A stretch of DNA of 63,136 bases, counting the filler, from Octopus bimaculoides (taxonomy: Eukaryota), in assembly GCF_001194135.2 (NCBI RefSeq). It is 5 parts of 5 records of this genome, joined end to end, with 100 filler letters (N's around TTAATTAATTAA, not from the genome) between each part and the next. Parts side by side here need not be neighbours in the genome. Positions count along the whole stretch, not along the records: positions 1 to 23,298 come from NC_069007.1; 4 more parts are not named here. One strand, given 5' to 3'. Below, piece after piece: positions 12,903 through 22,132 of this stretch. The notes under the pieces were generated by a model. The model worked only from the letters and a program-made list of their open reading frames with translations, was not told the DNA's origin and did no database searches. Numbering within the stretch: position 1 is the stretch's first letter; the number at the start of each line of letters is the position of its first letter. A program made the position numbers and the translations under genes.

Positions 12903-13122
12903 TTAACCTTTTCACATTTAAACTGGCCAAAATAGTCTGACATTTTTCTGTTCAAACTGACTAGATCTAACCTTTCACACCTATCCTACAATGTCATTCT
13001 GAATCTAAACGATCCCATATTTGAAATCTCAAAACGACGAGGTAATCCACACTTAATTCAAAACAACGCGAATAAATAAGCATTACTTTTTGACATAGTA
13101 ATCTGAATGCAAAAGGATTTAA
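12903..13122. mobile_element. TTAA-flanked MITE (piggyBac/Kolobok-like ends)
   Basis: Ends TTAACCTTTTCACATT and AATGCAAAAGGATTTAA; homologous copies at 18573, 19784 and ~21300. Confidence 0.65.
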
Positions 13123-15003
13123 GCACACCTGATACTTGATTAAATAAGTTACATCGTCAGTGACAACATATAATGTGTGTGTGTGTGTGTGTGTGTAACA
13201 ATATCACAATACCAAATATAACCGCCTAACAATAAACAATGTAACAAGAGTCGATTATGGTGTTATAACCATTCATACAATAACAATCCAATACTCCAAC
13301 ACAGAATAAATTACGAAACTAACGCTCTCACAGTTCGATCTCAACTGTCGACTGGCTCATCATTTTATAAGACGCACCCAGCCCGCTGTCAGTTCACTCC
13401 ACAACAAAATATTTCTGAGACGATGTTAGGTGTGCCACAATGTAACCTGAATATCATTTTTTTTTCTCCCCTATACTTTTAGTTATATTTTTAGCTCAGG
13501 TGTGCCACCGAATTTTGAAAAGAATGTTAAGTGTGCCACAAGTGAAAAAAGGTAGCGGAGCACCGATATAGAGGATAATCACCAAATAGCAATCAAGACC
13601 AGTACACACACACACATCATCATCATCTTTGAATATCCACGTTTCATCTGTGCTTCTAATGAATGGGTCAAGATTACTAAATAACGGTCAAGGGGAGATA
13701 ATCTCAAGAATCCAGATTTCCTCAAAACTGATATGCCAGTGAGGAAAACGATAGGCTTATCGTCTGGAGACGAGAGGACAGTCATGGACATCTGCTTCTA
13801 TTTCTGTAGCTGTCATTGGTATAATAAGTGTCTGACTTCCAGAGAATGTATCGTAGTGTCTCTCTATCACGTACGTTTCGAAAAACGATGCAAAAGATAT
13901 AAGAAAATTTTTTTAAATCATCTTGATTAAAAATATAATTGAAATTAAACAATTAAAAAAATTAAAATTGAGAATAAAAATAAATATGAAATTTAAAATT
14001 TAATTTATGCTTTGTCATTTTCATCAGTGAGGAATCTTTTGAGGGACATCNNNNNNNNNNNNNNNNNNNNNNNNNNNNNNNNNNNNNNNNNNNNNNNNNN
14101 NNNNNNNNNNNNNNNNNNNNNNNNNNNNNNNNNNNNNNNNNNNNNNNNNNNNNNNNNNNNNNNNNNNNNNNNNNNNNNNNNNNNNNNNNNNNNNNNNNNN
14201 NNNNNNNNNNNNNNNNNNNNNNNNNNNNNNNNNNNNNNNNNNNNNNNNNNNNNNNNNNNNNNNNNNNNNNNNNNNNNNNNNNNNNNNNNNNNNNNNNNNN
14301 NNNNNNNNNNNNNNNNNNNNNNNNNNNNNNNNNNNNNNNNNNNNNNNNNNNNNNNNNNNNNNNNNNNNNNNNNNNNNNNNNNNNNNNNNNNNNNNNNNNN
14401 NNNNNNNNNNNNNNNNNNNNNNNNNNNNNNNNNNNNNNNNNNNNNNNNNNNNNNNNNNNNNNNNNNNNNNNNNNNNNNNNNNNNNNNNNNNNNNNNNNNN
14501 NNNNNNNNNNNNNNNNNNNNNNNNNNNNNNNNNNNNNNNNNNNNNNNNNNNNNNNNNNNNNNNNNNNNNNNNNNNNNNNNNNNNNNNNNNNNNNNNNNNN
14601 NNNNNNNNNNNNNNNNNNNNNNNNNNNNNNNNNNNNNNNNNNNNNNNNNNNNNNNNNNNNNNNNNNNNNNNNNNNNNNNNNNNNNNNNNNNNNNNNNNNN
14701 NNNNNNNNNNNNNNNNNNNNNNNNNNNNNNNNNNNNNNNNNNNNNNNNNNNNNNNNNNNNNNNNNNNNNNNNNNNNNNNNNNNNNNNNNNNNNNNNNNNN
14801 NNNNNNNNNNNNNNNNNNNNNNNNNNNNNNNNNNNNNNNNNNNNNNNNNNNNNNNNNNNNNNNNNNNNNNNNNNNNNNNNNNNNNNNNNNNNNNNNNNNN
14901 NNNNNNNNNNNNNNNNNNNNNNNNNNNNNNNNNNNNNNNNNNNNNNNNNNNNNNNNNNNNNNNNNNNNNNNNNNNNNNNNNNNNNNNNNNNNNNNNNNNN
15001 NNN

Positions 15004-15329
15004 AGCCTGCTCGTGAAATTAACGTGCAAGTGGCTGAGCACCCCACAGACACGTGTACCCTTAACGTAGTTCTCGGGGATATTCAGCGTGACACAGAGTG
15101 TGACAAGGCTGACCCTTTGAATTACAGGCACAACAGAAACACGAAGTAAATGTGAGAGAAGGTTGTGGTGGAAGAGTACAGCAGGGTTCACCACCATCCA
15201 CTGCCAGAGCCTCGTGGAGCTTTAGGTGTTTTCGCTCAATAAACACTCACAACGCCCGGTCTGGGAATCGAAACCGCGATCCTATGCCCGCGAGTCCGCT
15301 GCCTTAACCACTGGGCCATTGCGCCTCCA
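15004..15329 (-). mobile_element. SINE family B (tRNA-like head)
   Basis: Minus-strand head GGAGGCGCAATGGCCCAGTGGTTAAGG...GGTTTCGATTCCC with A/B-box-like motifs; body shared with the 39313 and 54912 copies. Confidence 0.9.
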
Positions 15330-16199
15330 CAACTGGTCGCATACCACAACGTTTATCGGAATCTACTGAAACAGTCAACACGTTTAAACTGTTGTAAAAT
15401 TTGGCTTTTTATTGTCAGGTTGGGTTAAAATTATAAACCGCGTTAACTCTGTCTTATGCTTCCCCATACCAGGTAGAAATATTACATAATTAAAACAGCA
15501 ACTTATAATCAGAGTTTCTCAAACGACATTACTATATATATTGCCAGTTATCTCCCCTTTGAAAGTACAGCTTCCTTTTCCGGTTTAACATCATTCGTGT
15601 GAGTACGCAGTCTTCTCGTTCCCTCAATATTTTCACAAAATCTCTTTTCATCTTGTTGCGAAAATATATCATTTAAACATATTTTGATTATATTTCTCTA
15701 ACTAAAATACCCAAATTTCATTTTACCATATTTTCATCCCTAAAACACTTAATAATAACCGATTTTTATCCACACTTTCTCTCCTGTTGCCACCGCATTG
15801 TGGATTTCTCAAATATTTCTTCTTCCATCGTCGATTATTCCGCCGTTTTTTTTTCACGTTTTAAACCTTTTTTTATTTATTTCCTATGCTTCGAATGAAA
15901 TAATTAAGATTTAAAATTCATATAAACCCTGAATCTTTATTAAAAGTGCCAGCAATCGAAGATAGATTCTTATTATATTCCTCCAGTCGCACATGTGAGC
16001 CACCAGCTTTGACATCGCACTTTATATATCTTTATATATATAGATATAGGGCGATCGCCAGATATAGATATGGCCAGGGTACATTTTACTATTAATAGCT
16101 TTGGGAACAAGTTGGATTTAATGTAGTTGAGTGTATATTGATCGATGAAGGTCCGAAGGTTATACACACACGTGTACATGAGATTTTCATTCTATATCC

Positions 16200-16350
16200 A
16201 TGTCAGCTAAAAGCAGGACCCAGTCTTCATTTTTAACGTTTTATCAATTTCTACATAAGGACATTGTATTATCCAATGTGTCTATTATCTTTAAAGACCG
16301 TTCAGTGTGATTTGATCAAAATTTGGCTGCCATTTCTAGCAGGGCACCTG
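16200..16350 (-). mobile_element. Old repeat family E fragment
   Basis: TTTGGCTGC(C/T)(A/G)TTTCTAGCAG core also at ~16670, ~21155 and (reverse) in 47360-47850. Confidence 0.6.
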
Positions 16351-16872
16351 TTCAAACCATTTTAAATCGCTTCGGTTCCCGATCTTTTAAACTCCATTGC
16401 ATTTAATAGATGTAGTTTATGGCCAGCATAGATTTTACTAGAAATGTTTAAGTGTTGCGAACAAGGTGATTGTATATGATGTATGTATATTATAAGGGTC
16501 TAATTTTTTTAACTGAAAAATATACACTCGTGAAGTTAAACAGCGAAACTTAAAACATACATGCTTAAGGTTCATTATTCTGTATCGATGTCATCCAAGA
16601 TCAGAAACCAATTTTCATTTAGATGTTTATTTCTTTCTTCAAAGACCGTTGAGTGTGATCTGATAAAGATTTGGCTGCTGTTTCTAGCAGGTCAGCTGAT
16701 AAGTTTTTGTTGTGAATATGTTGGGCTGAGGTCAGTGTATAATGATGTATATATGATGAAAAAAAAAGAAAAGAGGGGCTTAATTTTTCATTTATGTACA
16801 CACGTGTACGTGACAGCCAAATGGGTAAAATTCACATTCTTTATTCATGTTCCCTAAAACCAGAACCCGCGA

Positions 16873-16904
16873 TCCTTTTCCGCGTTTGTTTTCCTACTTA
16901 GGAG
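16873..16904 (+). promoter_or_regulatory. Candidate TCT initiator / 5'TOP start of RPL13 exon 1
   Basis: TCCTTTTC matches YYCTTTYY and is followed by CGCGTTTGTTTTCCTACTTAGGAG; it lies ~890 nt upstream of the RPL13 acceptor at 17761-17762. Confidence 0.45.
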
Positions 16905-17095
16905 CTTGGAATTTATCCAAAGTGCTTTTTTTCTGTAAAGACGTCTNNNNNNNNNNNNNNNNNNNNNNNNNNNNNNNNNNNNNNNNNNNNNNNNNNNNNN
17001 NNNNNNNNNNNNNNNNNNNNNNNNNNNNNNNNNNNNNNNNNNNNNNNNNNNNNNNNNNNNNNNNNNNNNNNNNNNNNNNNNNNNNNNNNNNNNNN

Positions 17096-17548
17096 GGTCC
17101 CGATGCGCGTATGCGCAAAATAATGTAAAAGTAAATAAAACAGTAAATAATTTTTTTTTTTTAATCTTCCCTATCTTACTCTTAAAACGTCGTTTTACGT
17201 CCTTCCAGGGTGTATTTTGGTGTCGCATCTATTTCAGTAATCCCATTGTAGGACGCACTCCAACAATCAGAACATATACTCGTCCCTGGTTTGATAAATT
17301 CTTTAATAAATGGTAGAAGAGTTTCAGAAGAACAGTCAGGTACAAAGACTATAAACCTATTTTTATCCCCCTCTATCCCATCCTCCATTGTATTTGCACA
17401 TCATAAGATTCATCTATTTCTACGATCTGCCCAAGTCCACCAAATTGGTAGGGGTTACGCAAAAGATAATTACTTGTAATGTCCCTCATGAACTGATACT
17501 AGGATCGACTAGTCACGACTAGCTAGCGCGAGTGCGCGCACCGGAACC
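17096..17548 (-). mobile_element. Merlin (ISXO2/IS1595-like) DNA transposon, internally deleted
   Basis: Minus-strand fragments QFGGLGQIVEIDES and TLLPFIKEFIKPGTSICSDCW match Merlin/ISXO2 DDE motifs. The 16-bp TIRs GGTCCCGATGCGCGTA (17096-17111) and TGCGCGCACCGGAACC (17533-17548) differ at 3 positions. Confidence 0.8.
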
Positions 17549-17770
17549 ACAAAGCCAGCAATTTCGGAGGATGGTGTAAGTCAATTTCATCGACCCCACC
17601 CCCCATCCTCGAGTGTTACTCTGTCTACCCTGAAAGGCAAAGTCGTCTGTCTTTGTGCTGTGGTTGGCTGCCTTTCAGGGTCAGTTAAAATAGGTACCGG
17701 TTGATGCAATTGACTTGACCCTTTTGGCCCCAAATTTAAAGCCATTTTTATTATTGTTTCAGTTATCACT

Positions 17771-18016
17771 ATGGCACGTCTTGGAAACCAAACGGTGCCA
17801 AATGGCCATTTTCACAAGGACTGGCAGCGCTATGTCCGAACCTGGTTTGACCAGCCAATGCGCAAAAAACGCCGAGCAAGGAAGAGGATGATAAAAGCGA
17901 GGAAAGTAGCTCCCAGACCAGCCGCTGGCCCCCTTCGGCCAATCGTTACATGTCCTTCCATCAAATACAACATGCGTGTCCGTGCTGGACGTGGTTTCAC
18001 TATTGAAGAGTTGAGG
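17771..18016 (+). CDS. RPL13: 60S ribosomal protein L13 (eL13), coding exon 1 (codons 1-82)
   Basis: [29 protein letters not shown]...[12 protein letters not shown] is unmistakable eL13; acceptor AG at 17761-62; donor GTAAGT at 18017. Confidence 0.98.
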
Positions 18017-18187
18017 GTAAGTCAGTTTGAAGTTGATTTCTTTTTTTCTTAAAGATCTGTGATTCTCCTCCGAATTACCCCAGCATTACAATACTTCTCA
18101 TTGGTGTTGGTTCTCTCTCTCTCTCTCTCCTCCACATACGTAATCCTAGTTTTGTTGTTTTTTTTTTTTATTTCTCTGTGTTTGTAG

Positions 18188-18361
18188 AAAGCTGGCATCA
18201 GCAAGAGGGAAGCCCCAACAATTGGAATTGCTGTTGATTACAGAAGACGCAGCATGTCTGCTGAGGAGCTCCAAGCTAACGCCCAGAGACTGAAGGAATA
18301 TAAATCCAGATTGATTCTGTTCCCCAGGAAGATGAGCAAACCTGGCAAGAAAGATTCTTCG
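18188..18361 (+). CDS. RPL13: RPL13 coding exon 2 (58 codons)
   Basis: TTTGTAG|[58 protein letters not shown]|GTGAAT; phase 0 at both ends. Confidence 0.97.
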
Positions 18362-18572
18362 GTGAATATGGCTTTGGTTCTTTCTTTCTTTTCATTATAG
18401 AATCTGTGTGGTGTAGCTTAAGTTTGCTGGTGTAATATACCTAATGGGCATTTTGTTCAGACTCTGGTCAAGCACAGCCTAAACATTGAACTACAGTATA
18501 AGCTATCTGTGTTAATATGGCCTTTGTTCGTCCATCATAGCTGGGGTTTCACTTAATGACATCCCTGTTCGC

Positions 18573-18755
18573 TTAATCCTCTAGCAATATCCGACCCAAT
18601 TTGACCTCTCACATTTACTTCGCAATGTCATGCTAAAAATATACACAATCGCATCATAATGTTGAAGCCCCCTGAGATAATGCATGATTAATTCAGAACG
18701 ATGGGAATAGATAAGAATTACATTTGACAGAGGAAGCTGAATGCTAAAGGATTAA
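18573..18755. mobile_element. TTAA-flanked MITE in RPL13 intron
   Basis: TTAATCCTCTAGCAAT ... AATGCTAAAGGATTAA; homologous to 12903-13122. Confidence 0.65.
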
Positions 18756-18769
18756 AGTATAGCTAAATA

Positions 18770-18870
18770 TGTTGTTGACTGATCCAGTGATGATAATTCA
18801 TGTACCACTCTGACCTTCCAAGATGGACAAACAAACACCCATTTATCTGAGGATTTTGGTCAGCACAGCT
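18770..18870 (+). ncRNA. Box C/D snoRNA-like unit, copy 1
   Basis: Box C GTGATGA 18787-93, D' CTGA 18810-13, D CTGA 18847-50; terminal stem ATCC/GGAT plus extended TGTTGTTGAC/GTCAGCACA. Confidence 0.85.
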
Positions 18871-19099
18871 ATTTAATTGCATCCACCATCATCATCATTT
18901 AATATCCACTTTTACATGGTTCGGATAGCATTTGTTGAGGTAGATATTTCTCTGGCTGGAAGGATGCCCTTCCTGTCACAGGCCTTCATCTGTTTCTTGG
19001 TAAGGTCATATTTAAAAGCAATGTAAATAAATAAGCAATTACATTTGACAGAATAATTTGAACTAGACATGAGTGTGTGCGTGTGTGTGTATGTATATA

Positions 19100-19270
19100 T
19101 ATATCATCGTTTAACATTCTTTTCCATGCTGGCATGGGTTGGACGGTTTGACTGTGGTCTGGAGAGCCAGTGGCTGCACCAGGTTCCAATCTGATCTGGC
19201 AGTGTTTCTACAGCTGGATGGTGATGTTTTACGTACTGCCGGCACAGGAGCCAGTCAGGCGGACCTGGCA
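19100..19270 (-). mobile_element. SINE family D ((GAT)n-tailed) fragment
   Basis: CATCGTTTAAC...TTTCCATGCTGGCATGGGTTGGACGG...CCAGG(T/C)TCCAATCT shared with 23022, 48855 and 55465. Confidence 0.75.
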
Positions 19271-19658
19271 TGTATATGTGTGTGTGAGTGTATATAGATA
19301 TATGTATACACACACACACACACACATCTATAGTGACAAGTTTAGCTCATTAGGATGTACATCAGTCCTGAATATTCCTTGTTTTTGTGTTCAAGCTGGT
19401 CAGATCCTCTTTCCCCACAATGTCATTCTCAATATAATCACATCATCAAAATGTCTAAGCTATGAGATGATGCAAGATTAATTCATCATACCAAACTTTT
19501 TTTTTTTTTTGTAAATGGGCCACTCCTTATGCGGTGGTCCCCACTGCTGAAAAATTTCCATGTGATTTTTCGTTAGACATGCCATTCAGAAAATCTTGCA
19601 GGCCATAGGTTGCTTATGTCTGGTTTGAAATATATGTGTATCCACATATTGATAACGT

Positions 19659-19758
19659 GTTGTTGACTGATCCAGTGATGATAAATCATGTACCCCTCTG
19701 ACTTTCCCAGATGGACAAACAAACACCCATTTATCTGAGGATTTTGGCCAGCACAGCT
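19659..19758 (+). ncRNA. Box C/D snoRNA-like unit, copy 2
   Basis: Box C 19675-81, D' 19698-701, D 19735-38; same terminal stem. Confidence 0.85.
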
Positions 19759-19783
19759 TTTTTTGATACTTCCAAATGATCCC

Positions 19784-19948
19784 TTGACCCTTTAGCACTC
19801 GGGTGTCTCTGTCGAATGTAATGCTTATTTATTCCCATTGTTTTGAATTAACAATGTATGAGCTTATAGCTTGAAGATTTCAATGATGTGTTTGTATATT
19901 CTTAGAATGACATTGTAGGGTAGGTGTGAGAGGTCAGGTATGGTCAGT
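19784..19948. mobile_element. TTAA-type MITE, inverted relative to the 18573 copy
   Basis: Reverse complement of 18573-18755 (TTGACCCTTTAGCA...AGAATGACATTGTAGGGTAGGTGTGAGAGG). Confidence 0.65.
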
Positions 19949-19949
19949 G

Positions 19950-20286
19950 GTCATTTGACTGCGGCCATGCTGGGGCACTGCCTTGAAAGGTTTTAGTCGA
20001 TCAAATTTACTCGGGGACTTATTTTTGTTAAGCTTGGTACTTATCCTATCAGTTTATTTTGCCGAACCACTAAATTACAGGGACGTAAACACAAGACACC
20101 TGCACACAAATGTGTGTATACACACTCACACAGGGCAGGCTTATTCCTGTTTGTCTACCAAATCGACTCAATGCTTTTTTGTTGGCCTGAGAGTAAGACA
20201 GTAACCCAAGGTGTCGCGCAGTGGGACTGAACCTGGGACCATGTGTTTGGGAAGCAAACTTGTTACCACACAGCCACATTTGCGCC
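19950..20286 (-). mobile_element. SINE family A between snoRNA copies 2 and 3
   Basis: Reverse complement of the family A consensus. Confidence 0.8.
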
Positions 20287-20322
20287 AAAAGCACACACAC
20301 ACACACACACGATATGGTAACA

Positions 20323-20422
20323 TGTTGTTGACTGATCCAGTGATGATAATTCATGTACCACTCTGACCTTCCAAGATGGACAAACAAACACCCATTTATC
20401 TGAGGATTTTGGTCATCACAGT
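20323..20422 (+). ncRNA. Box C/D snoRNA-like unit, copy 3
   Basis: Box C 20340-46, D' 20363-66, D 20400-03; C-to-D sequence identical to copy 1. Confidence 0.85.
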
Positions 20423-20536
20423 TATTTTACCCCAGGGTGGTTAAAAGCAATCTCTATTGTAATACGAGGTGGATTTATTGTTGTATGATGTGATATACAG
20501 TCTCGGTGTGTTTGGGGAGGGATTTCTGGTGTTATG

Positions 20537-20643
20537 TTGTGCTGTTTCTTGATCCTATGATGATAAATCATGTACCCCTCTGACCTTCCAAGATGGACAA
20601 ACAAACACCCATTATTTATCTGAGGATATTGGTCAGCACAGCT
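20537..20643 (+). ncRNA. Box C/D snoRNA-like unit, copy 4
   Basis: Box C ATGATGA 20557-63, D' 20580-83, D 20620-23; 3-nt ATT insertion in the D guide; external stem TGTGCTG/CAGCACA. Confidence 0.85.
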
Positions 20644-20911
20644 GCTCTGAGGTGGGGCTAAATCTCTTGCTCAAGATGAGTGGTCTACTAATCTCTTTCT
20701 GTGCAGACTTTGGTCTCTGAAGCAATCGGTCATCAATGGTTTGGGGTGGGATTTGTACGTTCATGGTTTGGGGGTGGGAAAAAGGGGCACTTGCCTCTTG
20801 TGCATCTGGGGACTGTCAGGCTGATGTTATTACTTGTTTCAGTCATTGGGCAGTGGCCATGCTGGGGTATGTTGAAAATGGTATTTCATTGGTTGTTTTG
20901 GTTTGGTTTCA

Positions 20912-21003
20912 TTGACTGATCCTATGATGATAAATCATGTACCCCTCTGATCTTCCGAGATGGACAAACAAACACCCATTATTTATCTGAGGATATTGGT
21001 CAT
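20912..21003 (+). ncRNA. Box C/D snoRNA-like unit, copy 5
   Basis: Box C ATGATGA 20924-30, D' 20947-50, D 20987-90; same ATT insertion as copy 4. Confidence 0.85.
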
Positions 21004-21294
21004 CATAGCAACTTTAGATGAGGGTGGGTAATCTTTCTGATTAAGGTTTGGGTTAACCTTGAGCAAACAAGCATTTCATCACCCGGCCCAGCTGTGATCA
21101 TTTATTTCTATACCTAAGACTGTGTGCAATGTTTCATCTCCATGGGAAAGTGTGGTTTGGTTGCTGTTTCTAGCAGATTGAGCAATTAGATCATTCACGA
21201 ATGGCCAGTGGCTTGCGGGACTTTCTGGGTGTCATGCTGAATGGAAAATTATAAGTGTCACCTTGGGACCTAATCCTTATTTAGCTTGCTTTGC

Positions 21295-21477
21295 CAAATC
21301 TAATATTTATTCACATGGTTTGGGGATTTCGATGATGTATAAGGTGGTGCTGGAAAAGTTCCTGGCTTTGACAAAAGAAAATACAGGAGAATCAAGTAAC
21401 AGTGATATTGTAGGATAGATGTAAGGGCTGGTTAACATTTTGGCAGGACATGGCCAGTTTAAATGCTAAGGGGTTAA
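21295..21477. mobile_element. TTAA-type MITE with a nested mariner-TIR-like fragment (~21339-21395)
   Basis: Ends AAATGCTAAGGGGTTAA; the internal TATAAGGTGGTGCTGGAAAAGTTCCTGGCTTT resembles a mariner TIR. Confidence 0.5.
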
Positions 21478-21604
21478 AAGTTAACTCGTTTTTTTAATCC
21501 TATCCCAATAATGACACACACACCGGTTAAGTATCATTTCTTTCTTATTAGTCAACTAACCAATTAATCGTTTTTCTAATTTCTCTCTCTTGTTTCATCT
21601 GCAG

Positions 21605-21820
21605 TCTGAAGAGATCAAGTTGGCCACCCAATTGAAGGGCAAACTGATGCCAATTGTGAACAAGGTGAGGAAGGACAAACCACAGGTGCTCACCAAAGAC
21701 ATGAGGAGATTCAAGGCTCACCACACAATCAAGATTGCCCGCATTGACAAACGTATGTTTGGCCGAAGACAGAAGATAGCCGAGAGATTGGCAGCTGAAG
21801 AGGAATCTAAGAAGAAATAG
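21605..21820 (+). CDS. RPL13: RPL13 coding exon 3 (71 codons + stop); spliced protein 211 aa
   Basis: CTGCAG|SEEIKLATQLKGKLMPI...RIDKRMFGRRQKIAERLAAEEESKKK*; 246+174+216=636 nt. Confidence 0.97.
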   Translation, partial: SEEIKLATQLKGKLMPIVNKVRKDKPQVLTKDMRRFKAHHTIKIARIDKRMFGRRQKIAERLAAEEESKKK

Positions 21821-21834
21821 ACTGGCTTTGTATG

Positions 21835-21840
21835 AATAAA
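21835..21840 (+). terminator. RPL13 polyadenylation signal AATAAA
   Basis: 15 nt after the stop codon and followed by U/GU-rich sequence. Confidence 0.85.
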
Positions 21841-22132
21841 TGTTTCAGTGAATTGATTGTCTTGTCATTTTCTATACAGGTGTGTGTTTGTGTATTTGGG
21901 AGAATGATTCAGCAGGTGTTTCAAATACAGATTCACATGAAATCTTGATTGAAGGGTTTTACTTGGAAAGTGTTAGCATAAAACCAATGGGGCAATTTCA
22001 GGCAGGTTGGTATCAAAAGGGTTCACAAGGCATTGGGAAAAGAGGCTCAGTGGATTAAAGAAGGGATACGTGTATAAAGGAAATGGCATGGGTTGAGATC
22101 ATTGTGGAATGGCAGAGAATTAAAATAGACTG

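Noticed and set aside
18055-18110. GTGATTCTCCTCCGAAT in RPL13 intron 2, loosely reminiscent of vertebrate SNORD68 (recalled)
   Set aside because: Box C is imperfect, there is no downstream CTGA box D or terminal stem, and the similarity is too short.
18770-21003. Interpreting the repeated ~100-nt units as a CRISPR-like array or a MITE family
   Set aside because: Spacing is irregular (120-800 nt), the context is a eukaryotic intron, there are no cas genes or TSDs, and box C/D motifs explain the conservation better.
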